From Klebsormidium nitens (lineage: Eukaryota; Plantae; Klebsormidiophyceae), in NCBI GenBank assembly GCA_000708835.1, contig DF236959.1, positions 40,938 to 104,937 of the forward strand: DNA of 64,000 nt, given 5' to 3'. Shown piece after piece: positions 45,148-58,659 of the stretch. A model generated the notes under the pieces. That model saw only the letters and a list, made by a program, of their open reading frames with translations. It made no database searches and had not been told where the DNA came from. Every line of letters begins with the position of its first letter. Position 1 is the stretch's first letter. A program made the translations under genes and the position numbers.

Positions 45148-48100
45148 ATGGGCTCGTTCTACTCCTCAGAAAAGGCCATGCTCTTGAAGAAAGTAGTCTT
45201 GCAGCACCTGCAATCTCAGAGTGAGCACGAACGCAAATACATTGAGGTGGACGAGAATTCCTCCAACTTGTGGAACCAGTCGCATACATTGGCAAAGCAT
45301 GTTTGTACCTCATGCTCTGTTTTTAATTGACTGCCTGAACGCTATCCTATGTACGTTCACATTGAACAGCTGCATACATTAGACCTTTTGTTGTTGCTGC
45401 AGACATTCAAGAATTGGTCCGCGCACGCTTGGAACAAGACTTGGCTGACGGCCACAGAAGCAAGGAAGAGGCAAGTTGCTTCAACAGCAATTTTGCCCCT
45501 CCATTGCAAATCTTAAGCACGACAACGGCAGTCAATACATTCTTCAAACAGCAGTAGCAGCTAGTAGCTCAGGGAAAAGTCTGGCCACGTTCCTCATGCG
45601 GGATTGAAACAGCGGACTCATGTTTGTGCTTCTGAATGCCAAAGTCATATGCTGGAACCAGTACTGGACTCCGCGTCCTGGTCTCACAGAACTTGTGATG
45701 CAATGTACACAAGGGGTCAACCTGCTTCAAGGACCTTGACCCGACTTGACCCTTGAATCCCCTGCGATGACCCTTCAATCCTCTTGTCAGTTCGAGTTCA
45801 CTCCCAAAAGGAAGCTGAGCCATTTTTGACTGGGCTAACATCCTATTCCATGGTCTTGCTAGACATGAATCTTTCTAAACCCACATTGTGTCCCAATCTC
45901 GTCTCACAAGACGAGATTGACTGACTCTTGTTTGACCTCACTCTAACTAGAACGGCAACTTTCCCCCCCCTGGGGCTGCAGGCGGCTGCTGAGTTCAAGA
46001 AGCAAGTGGTGGTTGACAGAGTCCTGCAAGCGCTGACAAACTCAGGCGCCTTTGTGTCGGCCCTGAAACCTCACCTGCGCCAAGCTCAGCGTACGTGCCT
46101 GCACCTGCGCGTGCTTGGGGCAAGGGCCTTCCTTGGTCACCTCCATCATCAGGTGAGCAATACGTCTTTCAAGGACCTCAATTGGGACTGTGTTCACAAT
46201 CGACATCAGAAAAAAGCAACTTAGAGGAGACGAAGATAGACAACCTTAATCTACCTCTGGCTGTTCCTTGGAGAAGTCGACTGGCTTTCTGCAAGCATAC
46301 TGTTTTCTGGCACACTGGCTTGGGAGTACTCATGATACTCAAGCCAGAATTAAAGGAAACCGTTTCAGCCTGAGTGTAGGTCACACGTCCAAGGTGCTTG
46401 ATGCGGGACAGGCCTCCTAGGCCCAAGACGGCAAGCGAGCAGCAGCAATGTCAGCGTCATTTTTCTTTCCGAAGCTCTTCACGGACGTAGGGTCCTATCA
46501 TTTAGCGATTGGATATTCCTGTATCAAGAATCGCTCTAGGACCTTGCACTGTGTCCAAGCCTGAGCTCACTCCTTGCAGGACGAGGCTCGGGACGGCCAG
46601 GTCTACCTGAGCCTCAGCTTCCGAGACCAGCGCTTCACGTCCAACAGAGTGCGCTGCGATGTAGACCCAGCGCTGGAGGGAAGCTTCCTGCTCGATCTGG
46701 GGCTGCAGGTAAGCATGTCCTAGAAAGGCAGACACTGCAACTAGTCACGAAGCCCGAAGGCGGCCTAAGGGTTTCGCTAACCTCCCGCCAAAGCCCCGGC
46801 CTTTTCTAGCCGTTAAGTTGCTCTGCAAAATGTTCCGACTGCAAAGTCTAAGAACGCGCGTCCGCTTCCGAACGAATCAGGCCCTGTACGCGCGCTTGTG
46901 AATCATCCATTGAGGAAGCCTGGTGTCCTCTCCTTTTCCATCGCGTACAGCGGTCCCCTGTACTGGTTGTCTTCCATTGCGTCTCTACAGATAAACCTCC
47001 AGAGCTGAGCCCGTCGTGCTTGGTGGATCTCACAGCGCGCAGCGAAAGTTTCCTGCCTCGACTTACCGTGTTTCACGGGTCTGAGCATGCAAGGGCCACT
47101 GAGCATCTCTTCGGCTATCCTTTCTTCGTGCACCCTGTGTGATTCTTGTGACATCCTAAAATCGGCGCTGAGATTGCGCATCAAATGCGGTCAGACTGAT
47201 CAACCGACTCTGTGGAAGTTTCGCAGTTTTAGAAACAAGTCAAGCAGTGCCACGCTGGGTCATCGAGACCCCCGGAACCTCGCCCCACTCTTTGGTCAAG
47301 GCAAACCCTACATCCTAAACGCCTACGCCCCACCATCTGTGCAGCTTGAAACCGACCCTCGAGAGCTTCTAACCGTCTTGGACAGAATCCACATTGTCGC
47401 CCTCAGGCGCACATCTGGCGGCGAACGGACCGTCATTGGAACCTGCAGCCTCGACTGGCGACAGGTGAGGTCGTGCTGACGTCAGTCTGACCCCGTCGTT
47501 GTTGCAATCAAATGTTCTCGTGATGTTCCGCTGCACCCTTTTCCGGGCTTGTTTCTGTTCCGTCCAATGAAACGCGCTCGTGCGTCACTGCCTGGCGGGA
47601 ATGCGGTCAGAACTGCCTACACGCAAGCGGGAAAGAGTCGGTCTGCCCGCTTTCCGTTCGCATTGCGGCTCGATGTAACATCCCAACTCCTTCTCTCCGC
47701 TGCCATGCTTGCTCGACCCACCGCTCGTTTCTGGCGACAGTGATCCGTTCACTGTCGTACGTGACGTCATCATCGGGTTCAAAAAAAGTTTGTTGGAGCC
47801 ACTTTGATGCTCTTTCTTGGCTCTTTCAGGTCCTTGTTTCCGGGAGCGTTAAAACGGTGGCGGAGATTGCGGACCGCGGCCGGCAGTCCAAGCTGCCTAC
47901 GGGGCTGTTGGACCTAAGCCTCGAGCTGGTGCCCAAAGCGAAAGAGCTGCTCGGGGAAGAAGTCCTCCAGCGTCAGGTGCGGCCGGTCTCTGCAGATTTG
48001 TCACGACGGTTTGTGTAAAGCCCGCAACATCCGAACATTTTGCACTTTCGACATTGATCTGGTGAAAGCAGAGAGGGCCGGTCAAAGTTGTTTTTCGGAA

Positions 48101-51100
48101 GCTTGTTGACTGGGCGGAAAACGTTGTTGAGGCACACGAAGCGAACCCGATCCTTTGGGGGTCCGAAAAATAACATACGCGTACGTTCGGATGCCCTAGC
48201 CTACTTTGACATGGTTTTCTAACACTGCCGCAGCTGAGACTGGAGCGCTCCCAGGAAGCCGAGTCCACGTCCCGCTTCATCAGCTATGCCAAAGAGTGGC
48301 GGACCGACTTTCTGCGGCTCCGGGACGCCCACAAGAGCAGACCAGTGGAGATGCTGGCGAGAGCAGAAAACGGTGAGTTGCTGGTGCGCAACTCTTTTGA
48401 GTTGTCAAACAGAGAGTCCACCCTCAGCCGCTTCAAGTGGGCTGAGGTGTTCCGACGGCGACCGATTGCCTGAGACTTTCGCCTGCGCAGTCGCTCAAAA
48501 TGGCCCACATTATTGCACTTGCAGCAACAAACATGCACTCGATGGCTTTTAAACGCGATGCCCTGCAAACCGTACTGAGCAAACGTTCCCTTTTGTAAGG
48601 AAGGAGCGCAGAGCAGCGCCGCGTTTTGTAACCTCGACATACAACACAATGATTATTTACGCTTGTTTTTAATTTTCAACTGGCTCCACTCATGTCACCA
48701 GCTGATGCAGGAGAGAGCCTGCCTGTCAGAGCCTTCATTCGCCTCTCGGGATCGATCCATCGCTCAGAGGAGCGCAGAAGCCTTCCTTGGTGCATGTTAA
48801 CATTCGAGGACTCAATCCCTTTGGCCCGTCTATTGCAGGAGATATTTTGCCTGTCAGCGCCTTCATACAGCCCCTTCGCGGTGGCCGATCCATAGGCAGC
48901 CCCCTAGAGGCCGCGCGCTTTGTCAGTCTTCTTGGGGTGGAGGAGCGCCGTTCGGCCGACAGCGAGGGGTTGCGGGTCTGGAGTGACTCGCATACGTTTT
49001 TGGCGAGAGGCTCTGGTGAGAGCGCCGAGCTTATGAGCTGCCATCAGAAGATTGCTTTCGGCGGTCAGAATGGGGGAAGGCTTCGTTCTCGCTTGTGATG
49101 CTGTGTGACTAGATGTCATTCTGCGCTCGTAGAAGGGAACTCGACTGCGCTCCTATGTGGCGCTTCGGGAACTGAAATCTTTGCTTTAAATGCTGTCTTG
49201 CTTGAGTTCAGATGTTCCGAGTTTGATCCTACTTGCCTTTCTGAACTTGACTGCTCTCGAGCAAGGTGCTAGTATTTGTAGGGAACGTAACGTCAAATAG
49301 GCAGCTCTGAAAAGTGAGTCGCGGACCAAAACGACAGGGAATTGCGACAGGAGTACGCACACGGCCGTTTGCTTGCTCAGCAAGTCTGGAGAAGCAAAGA
49401 TTGTGAACACTAAAGGTTCAGTCACTCACGGGACGCGGATCGTTTGCAGGGAGCACGGAAGACCATGCTGTAATGCTCTGCAATCTCTTGCTGGGCTTCG
49501 GGCTGGACGCTTACGTCTGCATCGGGAAGGTAAGCGGCACGGTGACGTCAGCACCGCTTTCAGCACGGGTGGCAGTCAAAGGCTGCTTCAGGTTGGGACG
49601 ACCGGATGTCATGTCTGTGGCGTCAGCGCGCATGCTTTGATGCTGCATGCAAGCGCTTGACGCCTTTCCGTTCCTAGAAGGATCCTTTGAAAGTCGTTGG
49701 TCAGCTAAGCGGTGACGGAGAAATAGCTGTCCGGAATATTTGTCAGTACTCTTCCTTTAAGCAGTTCACTGCATTACGCTCCTTCTCGGAAGCATTGGCA
49801 GGGCTTTTTCCAGATCTCACCCGGTTCCGCTTACCGTGTCTTTAGCCGCTATCCACAGGACGGAAAAGGCCGGCACGCATGGGTGGCCACGTTGTCAAGC
49901 GCTGGTGACGTCACCTTCTGGGAGAGCCTTACGGGACGCAGGTGAGGTCTGCACAAGGTTCCTCTCTCTGATCCCTCTTCTGCCCTAAGAGTTGCGGCCT
50001 CAGATTGGGCACATACGGTTATTTACGTTTCTTTACTCCAATGATTCCCGATGCTGCGCTTTACTTTTACACCACTGATCTTCACACTCTCTATGATTGC
50101 AATCGTGTACACCTCCTGTACTGCATTGCGCCAGCTCGACAAAAACAAAATGCGTACTCATCTGTACAGTCCGGCTATTCCGCTGCTTAAGTTCCCGCCA
50201 GCGCGCAGTCATCGAGGTTTACCCTTCTCTTGTGTCTGTACGCTATCTCTTGTGTCTGTACGCTATCCAGATTTGTGGAAGATGTCGATTTATTTCTGCA
50301 GAAAAACACTATTTTCTTCGTAGGTAGCTCCATCAGAAAAGTTGACCGTAGGAGGAGTTCGCCTCCTGCAATTTAATCGAAGCAGGAAACGGATCCAGGA
50401 ACAGCAAGAGTTGAGAAGAGGGGATTTGGCAAAAGCTCGCGAATAGCGAAACTTGACACAGAATTTGTGACGGACTTTCTTCGTTACCTGCATTCAGGTA
50501 TCCGCAGAGCGACCCTTTGGCGATGGGGCAGTGTCCTTACAGGAGCCTCGGGTGCGTGTTCAGTCAAGAGCGGTTCTTCGCAAACAATCAGGTGTGTTTT
50601 CGTGGCATCTCGAGCATTATTGTTTCGTTAACCCCACTTCTGGTTACTGTGGAAGCTGCATCATTGCGTTCCGCTCTGCCGTGCGGGACCTTCGTACCAT
50701 CTGTCGTCGTCAAGAGTACCTGATTCGCCGCAGTGTCAGTGTCCGCTACTTTGGTGAGCGTTGCACAGTGTCTGAAGAGACGTGACCGGTTTTCGCATGG
50801 GTACTGAGTGGAACCCACAAGGCGACCAAGAAACTCCACCGCGCACATCTCCCAAAAGACGTGTTTCCTGTCAACATTTTTTGTTTCAAAAACCTTTTTC
50901 AGATCCAGATGATCATTGAAAAGGGCCTTGAGCCGTGCAGGTACCGGTTTTCTGGGGTCCAGTCCCCTTCGCCCGATGTTTCGACATATAATTGTTTGCT
51001 CAGTCGACAGGATACGACGACTTTGAGGGAGTTTTGGGAACGATGCTTAAGAAGCGAACACGCGTCCTCATTGTCATTCTTGGCTCAGCGAGACAGTGCG

Positions 51101-53682
51101 CCGTCGTGTCGAAAGCCGAAGATTTTTTCTCGCCTTCTCAAACTGAAGCTTTGCTTAAGATTCTCTTGGGGAACATGTTGTTTACCTTCTTGTCATTCTT
51201 GTCATCATTTTCAGGACGAGGATTCCGCTCGCCTCGCTTCTTTCGACTTCCAGAACGGTGCCCACTGGATCGGTTTGGATGAAGCGGCCATCGCCACAAT
51301 TAGGAAGTGAGCAGAAGCCTCTTCTAACTTTGGATCTGCAGGGTGTCAATAGTTCTGGCTTGTCGTCAGCAATGAGGAGTGAAAGCACCCTGCCGTCGCG
51401 AAGCGCAGCACCAGGCTGGTACCTTTCAGAGGACGACTTTCTTGTTATGGAACAGAATCCGGTCCTGAGGAACGGATTGTGTTCGTGAAAAAGGAGACTT
51501 ACTGAACGCAGTACAAATTAGTAATCCGCTCTGAATCAGGATTTTTTGTTTTAGGGTGGAGTCGAAGGGTTGTACGAACTCTTTGTCGGTCGCTCCGGTC
51601 TTTACAAACCTGCTACGGTGACCTGATCCCAAATTGACAGGCGAAGTCGAGCGAAGTCGAGTCCGCCACAGATGCATCGCTTACCAAACTTTGTCTGATG
51701 AGGGTCACGGCAAACCTGATAAGTGCAGAGGCAGGTATTGACGCTATGCGGTTGCAGGGTGCCTCGTGTCGGCTTCCGACCAGCGTCCCTTGTCCCGTAC
51801 CGGGAAGAGGAGCGCCTCGAGACCCAGTTGAAAGCGCTTGTCGGCGGGTATCGAAGCGATCGGAAGGTAAACATTCACACCGAGAAAGATTGCAACTTCT
51901 GGTAGGCACTGAACACAGGGTTTCTAAGAGCTGGTTTCTACAATATTTTCAAGTTTTACTGACGGGCTGAAGGAGCGCAAATAAAAAGGTATCCTTCTTT
52001 AAAGGTGTTTGGTTGAGCTTCACAACTCCATGCGAGCCCAACCTCTTCAAAAGTTTGTCCGAGTCCATTACTGCATGCGAGCCCATACGACGAAAGTTGA
52101 GATGCGGCTGTTCTGTCGTCAGTACCTCGCGCCTTATCTGAGATTGGCTCCTGCAGCTGTCCGTCACGTGGGATGACGACCTGAGCCACCTGCTTATGCC
52201 GGCCCTCGTATCATACGAGCACGAGCATGTGCTGGGAGTATCGAGCGGTCAGGAGGAGTTCCAGCAGAGCATCAAGGCGACTGTGCCGGTGGGGCATACC
52301 TTCAAGGTCAGTCCCAGTGGTCAAATCGTTGTCGCCCGGAAACGGTTCCCCTGGGCGACCATGTAGCCGAGGGCTCCGCTCTGGCGGTCGCTGAGAAAGG
52401 CACGTGCTGTCAAAAGTCGCGGTGACATTGGGGAGCTCAATATTGAGAACTTTAGACGTGGGTCGCCGAAAAGTCACGGGCTTCCCTTGCTTGCGAATCG
52501 CTACCTATTTCAAAGCAGAGGTTGCTTAACTTCCTTGCTGGAGAGGAGGGTTCCCGTAGATTGGTATCCTCCCCTCATTTCACAGCACTGCCGATCACCG
52601 CAGAGTGATCGGTGTAGAGCCACCGTGAGTCACAGCCGTACCCTTTCCTCGGGTCAGAAACACGAAGGGACACTTTGAAACCTCTAACTTTGTCCCTCAT
52701 CATGTCCGTTAGCCTCTTTTTGTATGCTTAAATTCCCGAAAAAAGTTTGTAAGATCCTTGGGTGCATCGACCCCTACAGACGCGGGGGGCCATTGAGATG
52801 GCTTGCTAAGTGTGCACGCTTCGCTTCAACCTGCTCTTCTCTTCTTAAGAATCCGACAAGAAATAATGCGCGGGTTGTATCGAAGGTGTTGGAAATTGCC
52901 TATTGTAGGCAGCATAGATTTGCTACTCTCGGAGATTCCCTGGCAAACGCGAACCCTTTTGACCAAAGTGGTTTGCCGTATTGGCAGGCCTTCCCTCAGC
53001 AGTTCAACCATCGCAGCGCGACACGCGTGTTCAAATCCCTGCTGCAAGAGCCTGTCTTCCGCGATATCATAGGGAGTGAGGCGGACGGAGTCAAACTCGC
53101 TTTGCGAGTGCGACTGTCTGCGTACGCAGAGGTGAGCGGAACGTCGATGGCGGACGGATTGAACTGCTCGCGGAACGATTGGGCAGATGTGATTGGCATT
53201 TTGGACCCAAGTAGGATCACATGCGAAAAAGGGGTGCCCAACCTTGGAAACAGGCAACGATAACTTCACCTGCCTTGACGAGGAATGATGGGTCGTTCTC
53301 GAATAGGAGTAGAAACGAAAACGTTGGGAAAACGAAGCCGTTCTAAGCATTGCAACCATCATTCCTCCTATGCCCTTAACGCGTCTCTGAGGATCCTACT
53401 TCTGGGCGGATACTGCCTAGGATGCGCAGTTGAGTCTAATGACGACCACTTTGCCTCGTCTAGCTGGGTCGACGAGAGCCCCTTCGGCGCTGAAAAAAGT
53501 TCGTATCCCCGTCCTTTGACACCTAGGCGCTCCGACAATGTTGGATGACGTCGTTTCATAATAGTCATCCGCTTAAAACACACTAACGCTTGAAACCCGC
53601 TTGAAAATACTGATTGCAGGATGTGTGCTCGACCTGGGTAATGCTGGCGGCAACCTTTCGTAGCAAGCCTCCACAATTATGA
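45148..53682 (+). CDS. CEP76: Centrosomal protein CEP76 (C2 domain plus transglutaminase-like fold)
   Basis: Collinear with the CEP76 family along its whole length: EKAMLLKKVVLQHL, HLRVLGARAFLGHL, SFRDQRFTS, FISYAKEWRTDFL, FIQPLRGGRSIGSPLEAARFVSLLG, EDHAVMLCNLLLGFGLDAYVCIG, HAWVA..VTFWESLTGRR, PYRSLGCVF, WDDDLSHLLMPAL, VPVGHTFKAFP, VKLALRVR and CSTWVMLAATFRS. Confidence 0.92.
49996..50167 (+). pseudogene. nad4: Frameshifted nad4/NuoM fragment (NUMT-like) inside a CEP76 intron
   Basis: Across two frameshifts it reads LRLGTYGYLRFFTPMIPDAALYF/TPLIFTLSMIAIVYTSCTALRQLDKNK/AYSSV. This matches the Nad4 segment LKLGTYGFLRFSIPMFPEATLYFTPFIYTLSxIAIIYTSLTTLRQIDLKKIIAYSSV (consensus recalled from memory). 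Confidence 0.85.
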
Positions 53683-54725
53683 CGAACAAGCGGCTGCAAA
53701 GTACGCCTCTCTAAATACTGCCCGAGGTTGATGAAGGCCGAGACACTTCCTTCTCAGCTATTCCCAGAAGTTTCACTTTTGAAGTTGTTGGGCCGACTGG
53801 ATTCGTTTATCACAGTCTGTGCTTGTAGTTCGTGATGTCACATCCAGTCGGTCAGGTTTGGATTTTGCATAGTTGCAGTAGTCTCTTTGCCTGGTCGGGT
53901 GCAAAGCGTGCAACATGCAAGTAAGAGATTCTTAAGAGGAAATCAATTGGAAAAGCCAGGCACAGAGAAAGTAACATGTAGCTATCGGCGTATATTGCCG
54001 TCGGTTGCAACTAATACCGGTACGATTCCGGATAAATAAACAATCATTTGCACTTAGAAAGCTGGAAGCTCCAGATATCAAAGCAGTCGGAATTTAAAAG
54101 GAAACATCTTTTTTAGGTCTTGTTTGGAAACTTATATTCAAGTTTCGACCCCCATATGGGCTTAAGGTACGTACCGGTACCGTTGAAAAGTCAAGACATA
54201 AGGGTACCTGGTACCTTTCAGCTCACTCAGATTCAGGGTCGGATCCTGGAAATATTACAAGATTTGGGCTCCCCTTCTGCATATTCTGAGCATCCGGAAA
54301 TCGTATCTTGGCCGGTAGCTAGGCAATGCATTGTTAGTATAATACTAATTATACTAAGCCTACCTAAGAGGCTTGGACAATGTTGGAGCCACAAAGTCTG
54401 GGTCAAAGCCACCTCTAGCTGGGAAAGTACACCTACGTTGGAAGGCGCTGTTGGGGCCAAGGTTCGCTTCTTTGTTCTGGGCCTTCTCAGATCTGGTTGA
54501 AGCGGCTACCTCTTCACCATTTCTCCCATCACTTTGAGCATTTCCGCTCCAACGCGGTGTGCCAGCGACGCAGACCATGTCTATGGGCCGCATTATGTGC
54601 TTGATCACTCGCAGCGGAGAACAACTTAAGCATCAAATGAAGCTAAGAATATGATCTTCAACAAGCATACACGCGTCTTTCAAGTGCCTAAACAGCTGCG
54701 CTGAGGTGGAGCAGGGGACGGCCTC

Positions 54726-57700
54726 ATGAAGAATCTTCTGGGCCTCTCCGGGCTGCGGGCATGCAATCTGGGGACGGCGCACTTGGTCACTCCGCTGGTT
54801 TTTGCCGTAATTCTGGTGAGCCTTTGGCTCTTCATGCCGGCCAGGTCACCAGATTACGGAGCGCCCGCGGTGGCGGAGGGGACAGGTGACAGATTGACGC
54901 CAAGCCAATTTGAAAGGCAGTCCTCCGTCCCTGGAATTCAGGCGCTCCTTTTGCAGATTGAAGAAGGGTCAAGCGCGAGGGAGGGACTGGTGAAAGAGTT
55001 GCTGGGACCCCCCTCGGCAGACGCACCCCTGACCGCCGGCGCACTTATAGATCAGCTTGCAAGGCAGCCTGCAGGTTCTGGGAGCTTGCAGTCGCTTTTT
55101 GGCAGGGGCATCGGCCCCTTCTCGGGCATTTGTGCGCATCGCTCAGAGCACTCTGCGTACCCTTGGCCGCCGCTCCCTGCCTCCCCCACTTTTGACAAGA
55201 TCGCCGCCGCATATGAGAGTTTCCACGCCCGCTGCACCGCCGCGGGGGGCAACGTCTCCCAGCTCGTGTCCTCTGGAACCACCCCCCCTTGTAAATACAT
55301 TGTGTACACAATAACCCTGTTCAACAACGGGGGTTTAGGGAACCAGCTGCTTAGCTTGGTGAGCACGCTCCTCTACGGGATGCTAACTGCGCGGGTTGTC
55401 CTCGTGCACGATAAGACGCTCCCAGCAGAGCTGCTGTGTGAGCCCTTCCGTGGGTCCAGCTGGCAGTTTCCCGACGCCGTCATGCCCGTCCCGAGCGACC
55501 TCCGCCAGGGTGACATCAGCGACCTTCCTTGCGGGGCCGGGGGCAGCGACTCATCGCTCGGCGTTTGGAACCAGACGATCGGGAAGACCCAGGTCGTCTT
55601 TATGGACGTGAAGCACTGCTCTCGGGGGAAGCCGGTGCTCTTTTCTGACGCCGCGTCGGAAGAACTAGAGGCGGCGGACTGGCTCGCCGTGTACAGCAAC
55701 CAGTACTTCCTGCCGGCACTGTATCATCAGCGGCGCTTCCTGCCGCTCCTGAGGGAGATTTTTCCGGACAACCGGCCGGGCGCCCGGCTGATGCGGCAGT
55801 TCTTCCACCCGATCGACGCCGTTTGGCAGCACGTCAAGCGGGAGTATGCGGAGAACATGGCGGACCGGGGTTACAGGATAGGTGGGGCCCCTTTCTCATT
55901 CGAAGTCTGTCAACCAGTCAATTGTACAGCACAACCCATGTGATGACGCGCTGATCTGCTCTTTTTGTTGCTTTAGGTGATAGGCAGAGTCACCTAGACC
56001 TTTTCTTAGTGCACGTTTACCCCACCAGAAGCGAAGATGGCAAAGGAGAGGAATCTGTTTCAGGGTTAGTGTGTAGAGCAGCTAACCTCTTCTCTCAACG
56101 CCGGCAGCTTGGAATGCTGGAAGTCTGAAGTCCTGGAGGCTAGCTTAAGTTTCGACCACATGGGGAAGGGTCGTTTTTGTTGCTGACCTTCACTACGTAT
56201 TCAACAAGTTGGTGAGATTGATGCGATTATCCTCGAATTGTGATGATAAGCCCAAAGTCTAATAAAGAACGAACCTGATATAAGAACCTGAACTTAAATT
56301 TTAACGTGTACTCCGCATACCCAAACCCCCTTGCTAGTCCATCCGTCTCAGTATTGTAAAATAAGCTTCTATATTACTTAACCGGAGACTAATGGATGTA
56401 TTTCATAGGGTGCCTTGCCAGCTCGGCCGGAGTGAAGATACAAGAGCACCAGAGACAAGAGCCGCTGCCGCCTTTCGTCTTTGATTTGTTGCTTTTAGAC
56501 AAGCTCTGCCTGCGTGCTTCTTACGCATGGTGTAGAAGCAGAAATAACGCAGCCCTGGGTTACGGTGTGCTGCTTCGAAGGATGTGCGCAACACTTTTTT
56601 AAGACCAAGTCTCTGATAGCCTCAACTTCCCGCAGCCGGCGTTAAACCCCTGCAGGAAACTTTTGACTCGTTTAAGGTGAACCCTACCAGATAGCGTGCC
56701 CGAGTCCTCTTCAAGTGTCGACGATTTGACCATTTTCGGGGATTACATCGAAAGCTCCGAAGCACAGTTGTTCCGATCGTATCCCTCTTTTGGAAACAGC
56801 AGTCCCACCCGGCCTCCAATATGTCGAGCTCCGCTACGCTCCGACGAACCTTTCCATTCTCAGCTGGCCGCTGACGTCATCTCCTTCTGGCGTCTTCCTT
56901 GCTGACGTCGTGCAGCCCCTCCGTGTGCACAGGTGCGCAGCTGCGGTTCTTTCAACAACCCGTCGACGTCGATAGCTTCCTCAAGCGGCTAATAAGATGC
57001 GGTCATACAACAGGCAAATTACCCAGGTGAGACTGGCGATCCACTCTTAGCGGTGGTAATGGCCTTTCGTCGCTTTCCACTCTCGTTCTCCATCCTTCCT
57101 CCGTTCATTTTCTCTTTGTCCATTTTAATTTCATGCTTAGAATATTGCGAGTTCGCACTTTTTTCGATCCCTTCTTAGTCCATCGCAAATATCCGTTTCA
57201 ATTTCATTCTCAGAAATACGTCAACTTGGCGCTTTTTCCTTCCCTTCGTAGAGTTTCTTTTTGTTCAGTTTAATCTTTTAATCAGAGATACTTCAAGTGT
57301 GCGCTCCCGGCTCAGACACTAGTCGTGAGTTTGCTCAGGGCTCTGTCTTGAAGCTGAGAGTGCAAGGATGTCCACGTGGGGTCCGCTCAACGGCTGCTTC
57401 GCATCTCTGTCGCAACGAAGTTTTGCCGCCTCTGACGGTCGATCGTTCAAAGTCTTGTTGCATCAGACGCATGGATCTTTGGAGCCAGCGTTCTTGAAAT
57501 GGCTCTCCTCCGGGTCCTCGCAAACCACATAGCCTAACGTCAGCGTAGAGTCAGCTTGCGTTTGCGCACAACTTTTGTACACAGCCTGCCCTGTGGACCT
57601 CCAAGTAAGCATGACGTCAGATCTGTGGATCTTATCGTTGGAGGGCTAAGCAGTGGGCCTTACTCTTTCTTCTTCTTACGTAGCTTCCGTCATTCGTGTC

Positions 57701-58659
57701 TTCGCTTCAACTTTCCTTTCCTCTCCACCGCTGACGTGCTTTGCTCTCTTCGTTCTCGTTGCGTCTCTCTGACTCCTTCTACGCACCTGTCTTCTCTCTG
57801 TGTTCTCTCTCTGTGTTCTGACCGTTGTACTTGTCTGCAGTAGCTTTTTCCTCTCTATCGCTGACGTGCTTTGCTCTCTTCGTTCTCGATGCGTCTCTCT
57901 GATTCCTAGTACGCACCGGTCTTCTCTCTCTATTCTCGCTTTGTGTTCTGAACCGTCTGTACTTGGCTAAATAGCTTCACGTTTTGCCCTTAACCAGATT
58001 CTCTAATCAGGTGTGTTGAACGGCTTCCTAAGCGCTGAAGGCTCCTACCCTTAATCAGGTCCTGGAAACAGGCTCCTTACCCTTTCCTAACCTGGTGGTT
58101 TTCTTTCTCCTGTGATCGTCCATTTTTTCTTCGTCGTAGGTTAGACGAAATGACCGACAACCGAGAAGCCAATATCCGGTTGGTAAATGGGCTCACAAAT
58201 CGCTCGATCTTCGTCGGGACGCTCGAAGCCGGGGTCAAAACGGGCGTCCATTCGGTGTACGGAAAGTCCGGAAGTGAGCACGTGGCCTTCCACGTTTTTG
58301 AGTCGAATAATGACACGCAAGAGGACTACGGGTTACGAGACCATAAGAAGATGGCGCTCATCGATATATGGCTCATGAGCTACGTCCAGACGCTTATCGT
58401 GAGCCCGGAGTCGACTTTTGGACACACCGCTATGGCGCTAGGGAACACCGAAACGTGGGTCCTAGATCGAGAGCCGTTGGATGGCTGCTCGAAGGCTAGG
58501 GCGCGGGAGCCATGTTACCAACACGTTCCGGGAGCCTATGATTACCAACTGGCGGAGAAAGAAGAGTCCGATGGGCGGCTGGGCTTTCTGAGATCTTTGT
58601 CGGGTGTCGTGTCAATGTGCAACGACCAATACGGCGGCCTTACTTTTGTAAATAGTTGA
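54726..58659 (+). CDS. GT37 family (xyloglucan FUT1-like) alpha-1,2-fucosyltransferase, 3 exons
   Basis: Type II membrane anchor, YESFHARC, CKYIVY, GGLGNQLLSLVSTLLYGMLTARVVLV, LCEPFRGSSWQFP, SNQYFLPAL and FFHPIDAVW. Exon 2 at about 56933-57027 (IGAQLRFF). Exon 3 from 58141 (ALIDIWLMS, SPESTFGHTAMALG, REPCYQ). Confidence 0.88.
57730..57965 (+). repeat. CT-rich intronic tandem duplication, two copies of about 130 bp
   Basis: cgctgacgtgctttgctctcttcgttctcg.tgcgtctctctga.tcct..tacgcacc.gtcttctctct occurs near 57729 and near 57859. Confidence 0.85.

Noticed and set aside
46903-47184. Minus-strand 93-aa ORF in a CEP76 intron considered as a second nested gene
   Set aside because: No motif, TM segment or promoter-like context, and the intron length is ordinary for this window.
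54120-54500. 126-aa ORF and GGTACC-rich palindromes between CEP76 and FUT
   Set aside because: Non-ATG start, non-coding-like codon usage, and no transposase or reverse-transcriptase motif.
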